Source: Trichoplax adhaerens (lineage: Eukaryota; Animalia; Placozoa). Taken from it: 23,818 nucleotides of DNA. The DNA is taken from NCBI RefSeq assembly GCF_000150275.1, contig NW_002061000.1:15746-39563 (forward strand), in the 5' to 3' direction. Shown piece by piece: positions 1 through 12,000 of this stretch. Within the stretch, counting starts at the first letter, position 1. Every line of letters begins with the position of its first letter. The translations under genes were made by a program, and so were the position numbers. The notes under the pieces were generated by a model, which was given only the letters and a program-made list of their open reading frames with translations, was not told the origin of the DNA and did not search any database.

Positions 1-60
1 TTTCACAATATCCATCGACATAAATACATCGATGACACCGTTGCCTCAATTCCAAGAACT
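1..60 (+). CDS. LRR exon 1 (partial, starts before window)
   Basis: Frame 2: FTISIDINTSMTPLPQFQE-L; phase-2 donor ct|GTAAGA at 61, like all other LRR exons. Confidence 0.65.
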
Positions 61-3000
61 GTAAGATGCTGCATTAATAAATTAAATTATGAAATAACTT
101 CTATTTTTTATGTAAAGTGCTAATGGCACTATATATTTACTACATGTATATTACTAACATTAATAAGTAGCACTATTAGCTTTAAATTAAAATTATTATA
201 ATGGCTAAAATACATTGAAATCTACATATGATAACCAGAGTGACACGACTATAATAAGGAAATCTATTCCAAATTACGTCTTTATTTACTATTAATGAGA
301 TTTTTAAGCCTAGCATATGAGAGATATACACAATTTGAAATTTTTGAAAGACATTAATAGTATAAGATTATGAACACGGGTTCATCCAAATGTTCATATC
401 AGCAATCCAATACCAGGTTCCTTTGTGATCATTCAACGTAGAAATTAATTCAAAAATTAGCTAGATTTTCAAGTTTGACACAATGCCTTACCTTGCTTAA
501 TTCAAAGACTTTTTGACCTTGATAATGTCTTTATCCAATGAAATATGCATGTAATAAAAAGATTGCTCTTATGTTTCTAATCTGAAAGTAATCTAACTTG
601 TACAAAAGCTGGATAGGCTTAAAAACTTTTACTTAGTATTTTAGAAAAGTAGTACCTTAAATTTTCTTGCAATACAAGAATGAACTTGGTGGTATTAATT
701 GATAAATTTGACTTCAATCTACCAGACTACTTCGCTAGCTTTCGATCGCTGTTATATAGATATTCAATGCAAACGTAGCTTAAATTTGAAAGTGTTAGGA
801 GATACAATCTGCAACTTTTAAATGCATTAAACTCAATTTAATTGTGGCATAACAATTTCACTCGTCATCTTTAGCTATCGCATTAATAAATTGGAATCTT
901 GTATAAGGAACATAGACCTGTGGATTTAATAATTACTATCCTTATCTTCATATAGTTTCCTTGACAACACTTTACTAGAAGAAATACCTGGAGAATTATT
1001 TGAACTATTCAAACACGCTATAATCATGTAAGTAGCTAGTAAAAACTTATGATAAAGATATCTTTAAGGCTAAGGATACTAGGAAAAGTTAGCGTATAGT
1101 TAATAAAGTATTAGTAAAGGACTTCTACAGAGTATCCATATTGGGATCGATGGATTTGATACGTTTAGTTATTGAGATAGAATTAAAAGTCTATTCAAAT
1201 AAATTTCATTTCCATTTCTAGTGAAATGATTACAGTAGTAATAACCTAATATTTATTGATCAGAGTAAATTGAAGTCAACGGGTAAGGGTATTCTTCTAT
1301 GGAAAATATTTCTATGCCTATCAGTGTACCAGTAAACAGCTCTACTGTATATTAAGATTATGTTATTTAATAGTTTTACGAATGTAGCTAAATTAAGCTA
1401 CAAATCGAACAGTCCATTAATAACTAAGATATCATACTACAGTGCAAGAGATAGTTTGTTCATTTCATTCCCTAGCGAAAGGGGTTTGTAAGAATTTCAT
1501 ATCATGACCTCAGTAAAGTATCGAAATAACGCTATTTGACTAAATATTTGTCGATTTGACACTTTATATTAATCATCAGGCTTTGCATAATTTAATTATG
1601 ATGGACAACTTAATCCAATGATATGCTTATTATAAAGGAATTGCAATTCCGTCAACTTTTCAAGCGACAAAGGAAAATCTTTATCTGTTCTTTCAAATTT
1701 GCAAAGATTGTACGTATTTCGTTTCTGTTATTCTAATTGTAAATATTTTCTCCTTTTGGTTGTTAGCGTACTATAGCCTTTAAATGATAATCAGTATAAC
1801 GGTATAAAAAAATTACAAATTCTGTAATCAATTAAAATTTATAATTATAATTCTTCGAGCGAGTTTCTTTACATACTGATATTTTTAATTCTTACATTTT
1901 GTATCTTCTCAGTAATAATAGTCTTTAAGTGGTAAAGTCATAGATGTTATACTCGTAAGCTTTCCATTTGAATAAATTATAGTTCGATTACGTTGAGTTA
2001 AAGTTTGTTTTAAAATCTTTCTTAATTTTAACATTGGGGAATCAGAGATATTACTGGAAGTCAAATTCACCCTAACTACACATTTAGCCATCATCAATTA
2101 TTGGCGCATCTGTGAGTAAAATGATGTTACTTATGTACTACTAATACCTGTAAAGTAATTAAGTATTGGTTAGTAGATTACTAGCGATGTTTAGCGTAAG
2201 TACTGAATGTAGCTTACTAAATTTATCATAAGATATATTTTCTAGCTCATAGTTATGGACCGTAAATGAAGTTGCTAGAGTACAGATGCCATATACTGTA
2301 AATTATTAAGTTACCGTTGGTGCTAAAGATAAAAAGAATTGAAATATATCTATATTAGACTGTAGATACTTCATTATAACATGAATAATTAGAAAATAAT
2401 ATCTGTATAAACGCGGTAGCTGCCAATAAAACAAATTTTAAATGTTCACCTAGGGATATGTTGCTAACACTTAAGAAATAACATGGAATATTGCTATATT
2501 GATCGTAGCTGTAGATGATACGAAGATGTCACTAACCAACTTCGTGACAAAGATACCGTAAAACAAATCTCTAAATTACTATAGTCTCCGGGATTTAGTA
2601 TCCCTTAACTACCTCACAAGAATTTACACGCCTTTGCTTCTACGTTAAAACAACTATAAAACTCTTCTTTTATTCAACATCTGCCAAGCTTAAATACCCT
2701 TCGGCAGCAGCTATCATGTATGACTCATAACAGTTAACTAAATTTAGCTCATATTGGATAGCTAAATTAATACAGACATTATTCATAATTTTGGACTTTT
2801 ACTGAACGATTTTAGATAATTAGACTACAGTATGTCCACACTCAGAATTATTTTTATTATCATCTATAATTGATTATTTTCAAGATATTCATCACAAGCG
2901 TTACAAGACATAACACTATCATCAATTAATATTATTTACCTTATGAGAACTCTTACTACAATACAGCATAGTTTACTGTAACAAAATAATAACTACTGTA

Positions 3001-6000
3001 GTTCTTACTGTAAGTCATTAGTTATCTCCATATATAAATGTTAAACACTAAATTTAGTCATTTACTCTTTACGGTGGTTCGTACTGTGACAGAAGAGTAT
3101 ATAAGCAGACGATTTAAATGATTTACAGGCAGATAATAGTAGTTATAAATAAATTTAAAGTATCTTCATTTTTCTAGAACAATAAACAACTTAATGACTC
3201 GAAATTTGATAATCAGAAGGGAATTATTCCAAGGCTTGCTTAAATTAAAATATTTGTAAGTACTAGAATTAAGCCCTGACTAAAGTTGAATTTTAAGTAA
3301 TGTAGATAGATATCACTGATATAATCTATAATATTAGATCCATAAGTTTTAACCATATTCAAGCGCTTAAGAATAATAGCTTTCCTTTTCTTCCCTCTCT
3401 TCACGATTTGTATGTACAGTGCTTTTATTTTCTGATATTGATAAACATCAATTGGCTAGTGAATATTTTAAAACTATATTCGATACTAAAATTATACGCG
3501 TAATTGCTTTATAGGCAATTGAAGGTCAACAATATTTCTACAATCGAAGCATACAGCTTTACTAGATTACCAAATCTAAGAAAATTGTAAGCCTTGTTAA
3601 ATTTATGTGCCATTATTTTATCAATACAAGAGATTCCAAATTTTCAAAACGGTCTAAAGCAAATTAAATCTTCAAATAACAGTTCAATTAATTGCTCTGC
3701 ATTTTAAGCCAAGTTATTTTCCTTGATATCGACACTAGTTATCCTACTTTTACTGATGTACGCACATTTTATGAACTGATGATAATTTATAGATAGGTAA
3801 TCATTATGTTATTGGATCACCGTTAAGTAAAATTAAATGCATTGATTGTTATAGACAGCTTATCGTTGGGGTAAAAGATCAGTTCACGTAATGTACTCTT
3901 TATAGGTAGAAATTATATGTAATTCTGCTTGCGTTACAAATAGCTATGATCTTTTCATCGTACTATATTTAAGCTATACAGTTGATGTATAATTGTAGAG
4001 ATAAATTACTCTCTATTTTGGTGATAGTGTCTAGAAATATACTTCAAAGGTTTTGATATTAACGTTAATCATTTTATTTACAGCTGGTGTTTCAGGTATA
4101 TATATAGTCTTTAAATTTAATGCACATAGTAATAAAGCGAGTTCGGTAATTTTTTATTTGCGCAGAAGAAGTTAGATCGCACGTCTTTTTTCTACCATGG
4201 AACTTGAATTAGAAGTCTATAGTTGTTTACGGAGTAATAGTCTTGACAAATAGCTCAAAATTGCGGAAGATCTAAAAATACCTCTAAGTCCTTATCTGTC
4301 GCAAGATTATATGACAGTTGGATACAGTAATAATAAATTTAATTTAATTCATAACCGTCCATTATCGTTCTATATCTTATATTTACTTACTGCCTAGATC
4401 ATTAACTAGAAATAACTTGAAAATCATTATTAAGAACACTTTGAATTCACTTTTGAATTTAAAAGAACTGTATGTACGAAAATATCCTGATAGAGGATTA
4501 TTTAAATAATCTGAGTCACGTTATTTAGTACATTTAAACCTATAGTAAAAGTCTATAATTTTATTTCTTGAAATAGACATTTAGAGTCAAACCAAATTAG
4601 TTCCATAGAAGAAAACGCTTTTATTGGCATGAAAAATCTAAATTTGCTGTAAGAAAATATCTCATAACCTTTAATGACGCTATTGTCTAACTTAATATAA
4701 CGGTGTAGTAGAAACAGATATGTCGAATACAGATTCTTAAGTTGCATCTTACAGATTTTTAGAATCAAATCAAATAATAAATCTCAAAGAGAACACTTTT
4801 ATGGGTTTACCAAACGTACAAGAGCTGTAAGATAACAAATAAAATTATGGTCGATTTACAATCGAATGAGCTCTTATCTTTAAACTAGACATCTACGTGA
4901 AAACAAAGTCCAGCAATTCAGCATGAATCACTTCAATAAAATACCATCCTTGGTTTATTTGTAAGTAGAAACTTTTATAAGCACTCTCTTACTAATCATA
5001 AATTAAAAACATCTAGATTATAAGAGTACAAGATTATAGTACACAGTAAATGCTGTATAATGTGGTATATCTAAATGTTAGAAATAGAGAAGAAAAATCT
5101 TACTCTCTTTTAGCCTTAGTTAGATATAAACCCAGGCTATTATATTGCAATGACGTTACATTGATGGATTTTAGAAACGAATATTTGTATATATGTTCAG
5201 TTATCATAGTAGCTTATAGCTGGAAATTGTAAATAACGTAAAAAATAGGGGCCTGAAGGTCTAGGAAACTGAAATAATGTAATGTAGAGGCTAGTCTTTA
5301 ACAGACCAAATAACAATCCCAACAAGCGCCATAGTTAAATCTAATAGAGTAATGTACAAGGTAAAGAATAAATTAATAGAGACAAGCAAAGTATGAATGA
5401 ATTGCATCTTTACTAAAAGCAATCACGACGGTTAATTTATGTATACTTACATTTTATATATTAGTAATTGTACATAAAAAAATTAAAGCAGCTTAGAGTG
5501 TCTAACTACGAATAAAATACTGTATGTATAACGCAATTTCTTAGGACAGATAATCATCTACTATTTTATATTACAGGAACTATAATAGTAAGCTGTAAAA
5601 TACGCAGATAAAACAACTGAAGCTTTGTAAGCAATATGGAGATTTCTGATACTATTTGATAGTAGTAAAGTAGCATAGCTGCGTATTGTACTTAAGATCA
5701 TTAGTTATTTCAAACAAAGTGTATCACAAACTACTAATCTCAGTATATGAAGTTACTATGCTAGAGTATCGATAAACATATACAGTTTGGTGTTGAGTTG
5801 CTGTTAATACCAGCAATAAAGATAGATGAAATACTTATATATTCGATCCTAACAGTCCGACATGCTGAAGTTAGTAATATGTTACCGTACTAGTTATAAT
5901 TAATATACTTTTAAAATAATGATAGAATATTCCTAGGCTGATTGCAGTTGCAGATACTGCGAAAAGTATTAGAGTAGTGTACAGTAAGTAAATGAGATTT

Positions 6001-9000
6001 TACTAATTATCTGCCAGAATACATCTGAGAGTGACTGTATCTACGAGTACGAGTATGTACAAGACTTACGTAATCTAACAAATCTTTATTTCCTACTAGA
6101 CTTCTGAAAATTTTTGATCTGTATTATTACAGTAAGAAAATGTCATGACATATGTTATAAGAATTATTAGTGCAGTGGCACAATTATAACCTAGTCCAAG
6201 TTTAGAAATGTACTTTCAGATAATATCGTGAGGCAAATAGCCATGGGTAAATATCATGAAAATGCATTCCCTTTCTTCCTTCAATTACATCAGCGTAACA
6301 TCACTTACGTTCTTAGAAATTTTTGCTAATAATTCAAATTATTTTCTCATAAATATAGGGATCTTTGCGACAATGCGTTTAAAGAATTTCAAGATCCAAG
6401 AGCTAATTATACAACACCAGCATTTCGAAGTCTTCGATCAATGTAAGTGGGACGATAGTAAAATTATAAGACATGGCTTATAAATCCAAGAGGGAATCTA
6501 AATATCTTTCATTCACAGCTATTTTTATAATTAGAAGCAATATTAAAATTATTATTTCTATTGAATAAGTGTAAGAATTATTTTATTGTATTTTTGTTAC
6601 GTTAGAAAAACCAGCGGGAATTTTTACTATATCGGTAACTTGAGATACTTCGCCAATAAATCTTTAGAACAATTGTAAGTTTGCAAGACAGTCAGGAATT
6701 TATCTGTAATGGTTTCATTAGGCAAAAAACACTGAAATTACAAGTATATTATAATATTGGACCTAACGTACAATATTATTATTTAGTGCATTTAATAATA
6801 GCCCATCATAATTTTGATCATAATTTCATCAAGGGTGTTTTACTTTATACGGTAACATTTATTTTCTGCATACGTAGCTTTTGCAACAAGTGTGACATTC
6901 GGGAACTACAAAAATCCCATTTTATTGGATTACAGAAGCTAAAGTGGATGTAATTACCAGCAAAACACTTATCAATTTAACTGACTAGCAAAGACATTAC
7001 AGCTATAATTTTCTAAATCTGTTTCATTAATCAATTTTTAAAATTTATCATATATTATAATCTAAATTAACGCCTACTGTTGCAATACACGTGTAGACAT
7101 ATAAGAAACAATTTAATTCGATTTTTGCCGGAAAATTTTTTTCGGAATATGAAGCAGATACGATACATGTAAGGGCATTTATCTGTAACTAATATTAAAG
7201 GAATTTAGGCTTAAAGACTTTACATTATATTATCGCATAGCTGATTCAATGAAAAGATCGTTAGGTACACCAGTAACGCATAACGTTCATCATGGTTTAA
7301 TCTTATTATAAGTGAAATGGAATAATCTTATGAATAACTATCGCAATATTGGACTTAATCTGGACATTTATATTTAATTGTACAATTCAATATTATCCTA
7401 GAGATCTAACCCTTAATGGATTAACAGATTTTGACTTAGCTTCACTGGAGGGCCTGCCAAATCTATTGAGGGTGTTGGTATTAAAATCTTATATAAAATT
7501 CAGTAGATGTAATATTTGCAGTTACAATCACTTATAAAATCGATAGTGATTTACTATATTTTACGACAATAAAGTAGTCTACTATTGTAGTTACCGCAAT
7601 AATATTAACTACCAGTACCTAATAAAATAGAAGTAATTTGCTTTCTCTTGGAAAGTATCTTTACTCAGCTAATATTTGGTTTAAATAAATGGATCACTCG
7701 CCTTGATGCTGTCTTTAAATAAATAATCAAGCTTTAAATTTGAAACAAATATAAAAAATAGAATAAATCATTTTATCATAGTCTTTTAGGATATAATTAC
7801 CTAACTACGTTCAAAAACACTGCGTCTGCAAATTCAGTGATATCAATTGAAAATTTGTAAGTAAAATGTTACAACACATTTTTACATAAACCAGAATTTT
7901 AATTTGAGTTGGATATAATTAGTATGGTATATATAATTTGAGCTTACATTTTACACCTTTAATTTTTTTCCTTACAAATCTTTAGCTATGCTCCGGATAA
8001 CTTTCTGACACATTTAAAACCTGGCTTGTTTTTTAATTTTCCTTATTTGAAGCTCCTGTAAGTAATTTCCGTTTATATTATATGCTGTGCTAAGATTCTT
8101 AGACTATAAATAATATATTAATTGTACGAATAATAATGACTTAAGACATTTTATAACAACATGTGACTTGAAAACTTTAAAATTCTAATCCTAATTATTT
8201 TCATAATTTACTTATTAGTTATAATAGCTTATAGATTTGAGAAATTAAAATTAGTAGCTAGCTTAGATATTATTCAGAAATAAAATTAAATAATGAACTG
8301 CTTACCTTCTTATGCGACATTGCAGCTATATATTTTGCTATTCGATCAATATTTTAAACTAATCCATGTCAATCCTAAAACATTTTAAACTAGCTACCTG
8401 CCTAATAATCGATTACATGCTCTGCCCTATCACTTATGTAACGGTACACAGTTGAAAACGTTGTAAGTTAAAAATATACATGAAAATATAAACTTTTAGA
8501 AAATAAATTAGCTAGTAATTCTATTTATGCATACTTAAACTTCACGTTACATTCAATTACAACAATTGTAGAGACGCTAGCGGAAATTTGATTAACAAAA
8601 TCAATCGGCAGCAATTTTCAGCATGCAAATACTTGAGAACAATGCAAGTATTTTTGTAGAAACGGCTATTTTATCATTAACCTTAATGCTATAAATAAAG
8701 TTAATGACCTGAAGCTCAGGCAGCTAATAATATACTCCCTCAATTTATAGTACTGTATTATAAATACTTTTGATATATAGTAATCTATCGTTACCTCAAT
8801 AGGAAGTCCGTGTTAGCTTAATTTACGTTTACAAAAAATCTTACAAATAACTATATGCATTGTATCATCACATGCATATCTGTTTATACCTCGCTACATT
8901 TACGTGGAGTAAACCTAATGAAATATCAAATACTGTGAATACTGAGTTTTTAATCACAAGGAATGAGCATGTGTAGCTTGATATCAAATATAGACTCCTA

Positions 9001-12000
9001 CCTATATAGTTCATATTAAATCTACTTTGTTTTATCAGCTTATATGTTTCATAAATACTATACTGTTGTTACAATGTTATACACTGTAATATCGAAATTA
9101 CGGTAGAAACATCTATGTTAGTGTGACGGAGTACAGACTCCGTCAATTAATTGCAGCGTTAGTTTTAGTAATTAGTAATTAGGATTTTATTAATTTGTAA
9201 TAACGTTTACTTATTAGGTATTCGATAATTATAACCTTGTTAGTAGTCTAGCTATACTTGTTGTAGACTCTGTGCAGAGTAGTGTACTTACAGAGGTGAC
9301 AAGTAATATTCACACATAGTAATTTCTGTTACTTTGTGCCGAGCCTTTGATTGTTAATTGGCTCTTGGTTAGTTTGTAACTCATTAGTGTTGTTTACGCC
9401 GTCTGCCATACTAAATCATATAGACAGTCGGCTATACAAAAGCTATATACTTTTAGAGTTATTTATCTGAGCTGTGCACCGAGTGCAACCGAGCTAGGGT
9501 ATATAAAGCCCGGTGCTCTCATTAGCTGTAGAGTTGACGATTGACTGTGTAGTATACGCGTATAGTTAGAGTAGTCTTGGATGTCAAGACTACCTTGGTT
9601 TAATAAACTATTTTAAAAGCCTAAGTCTAGTCTACACTTAGCCCGTTGGGGGCATATTTGGCTATTGCAGCCTTAGTATTCGTACAGGTAGGTATTCGTA
9701 CAGATTCAAAGACCCAGGTTTCCTGGTCGTGGGCTGAACACGACAGTTAGGATAATTTTGTTGATTTACCCTTACATGAAGAGTTTCTAATTTAGATATG
9801 TGATATTTAAATATAGCACTAGCTAGTGATATATACAGCCTACTGAAATTAGCAGTTTAATTATGGAATCGACAATAATCTTCTTACAATTCAAATTACT
9901 GCGATTGTAATTTACTTATGGTAGATTGTAGATTATCGTAGAAATGTTCCGTGAGAGGACATATTGTAATCTGACAATTTTGCATTAGTCATTCGATGTC
10001 TATTTTCGTGTCACAAACCAGCTTCGTGACAAGGATAACGTAAAACAAATCTCTAAATTACTATAGTCTCCGGGATTCAGTATCCCTACTCACAAGAATT
10101 TAGACGCCTTTGATTCTACGTTAAACAACTATACAATTGAGAACTGCTTTATTCAACTATCTGACGGGCTTATATACCCTTCTACAGCAGCTAACATTCA
10201 CAAGTCATCTTATAAAAATACTTGGGTGAGAACATCTACTAACTAGTTTTTCACAGTCGGACTACAATATGTCCATTCACAGAATCATTTCAGCACACAT
10301 TACAGCACAGCAATAAATTTACAGTAACACATTTATAATTAGAGTAATTCCTATTGTAAGGAACTAGATGTAATATATTATCACTATATTATATTAACCA
10401 AATTTAGATAACTATTTCTTCACGGTAGTTCGTACCGTGACACTTCGTAAATACTGTTGTCTTCATTAGGTAGCGGTAGATAAAATCAGCTTTAAATTCA
10501 TTATCAGTTTTCAAGCTTAATATTACTAACTCGGATGTCTTTGCTATCGTAAAAGAGTATGTAAATGCGATAAATCGTATAATAAAGTTAGTTCTTATGA
10601 TTAGTGTTTAACGTAAGATACGAGGCATCTAAGTCTTTTTGTAGTCTACTAGTATAGGAAATGTGTTCCTGAAAGAGTAGATACTGCTGCCTGATACGTG
10701 GTTGAGGGAATCGACTGATTGATCGTGCATTATGTTATCTTGTTGCAAAGCTGTTTTGTAACAACTGCATTGTTTCAAATTGCTTATTTATGTGATAAAT
10801 GTCAAAAATACTATTACATCATTCCTAGAATGAATTTTGTTCGCAACAGATAGTATTATAGATTCTTAGAATTTAAATTGGGCAACTTTGGGTATGCTCT
10901 AGATAAATTAAATGAAATTCTAATTCTAAGTGAGTACAAATACCGTAATTTCTAAGCGATAGAAACGGAGATATATAGTCACTTAATTTATAACGTGGAA
11001 AATAATTGTGTTGGATACCTAACTTAAATTTAGGTAAATGATTGCTAGGTATACAGTAGATATTTCGTGAATTCACCGGGTATTTCGCAAAATTCACTAG
11101 TATCTGTAGTATATGACAACAGCTGCGTGACTAACAAATCCAATTTAATTATTTCTCGCTTAGAAATTTATCAGGAAATAAGATTACTACCGTCAGTACG
11201 AAAACCTTTATCGATTTGAAGGCATTGAAAGAAATGTATGCCATTTTACTTTTAAATTACAAGATACCGAAACAAAATTGAAGTTGCAAATGTTAGTAAT
11301 ATTTAATAATTTCTTCATTAGCCGACTAAATAACAACTCTATAGATCGCATTCCACTTCATACGTTCTCTTCAGCTTCACCATTAACCATTGTGTAAGTA
11401 AAAGACCTAAAGATAACTTAAAGTACCTGTTTTTGTCTATACAAAGTGCTTGTCAAATGTTTAAAGATTGGAAAAAATTCGTGACCTACCCTACTAAAAG
11501 ATACTAACGTTATCAGTCGCTAAACATTTCATACGCATCTGCATGTATTAAGTACGCTAAATTATTAGGATCATTCTTGATTTTTAAGCTTGCTCACTTA
11601 AAGCCGAGCTCTATTTTTGCTTATTATAGCTACAATTTTAACAATTAATGTGGTTTACTATTGTAAATTATGTTTAAAATTTCTACAAAATGATTGAAAT
11701 CAGCTCTAACTTAGCAGATTACTGAAACGGGTATACTACTTGTATAGAAAATATCTAATTCCTACGACTGACAACAATATTAGGATAATCTAAAATGTGT
11801 ATTCCTGTAATTCTATATTTAGGAATTTGGCCTTAAATAAGATTAATTTTGTTCATGAAAACGCCTTTGGGAATTTAGCAGTACTGCAGAACTTGTAATA
11901 ATATTGGCATAGACATCCATTGATATCTTTATACCTGTCATTACGTTCATACCGGCTACATCATCTAAGCATTATTATTTATTCTTAAGAGATTTATCTA

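Larger units (their letters stand above)
8644..11163 (+). other. GC-AG intron (2520 nt, longest intron in the window)
   Basis: Donor at|GCAAGT at the invariant LRR exon boundary; no in-phase GT before the in-frame TAG at 8657; acceptor cttAG at 11163. Confidence 0.8.

Noticed and set aside
1909-2097. ORF track 62 aa (-)
   Set aside because: Antisense to LRR exon 4 and its upstream intron; no recognisable motif
4553-4768. ORF track 71 aa (-)
   Set aside because: Antisense shadow of LRR exons 9-10
5050-5232. ORF track 60 aa (+)
   Set aside because: Intronic, no LRR pattern, no compatible splice sites seen
6256-6483. ORF track 75 aa (+)
   Set aside because: Wrong frame over exon 12; the true frame reads DLCDNAF..
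6681-7537. ORF track 90 aa and 62 aa (+) as standalone genes
   Set aside because: Only 6878..6949 and 7402..7473 are coding (LRR exons); the rest is intron read-through
2527-10442. One full-length LTR retrotransposon bounded by the two family A copies
   Set aside because: Each copy has its own TSD, and the interior holds 16 host LRR exons with no gag/pol
10873-11097. ORF track 74 aa (-)
   Set aside because: Intronic, no motif recognised
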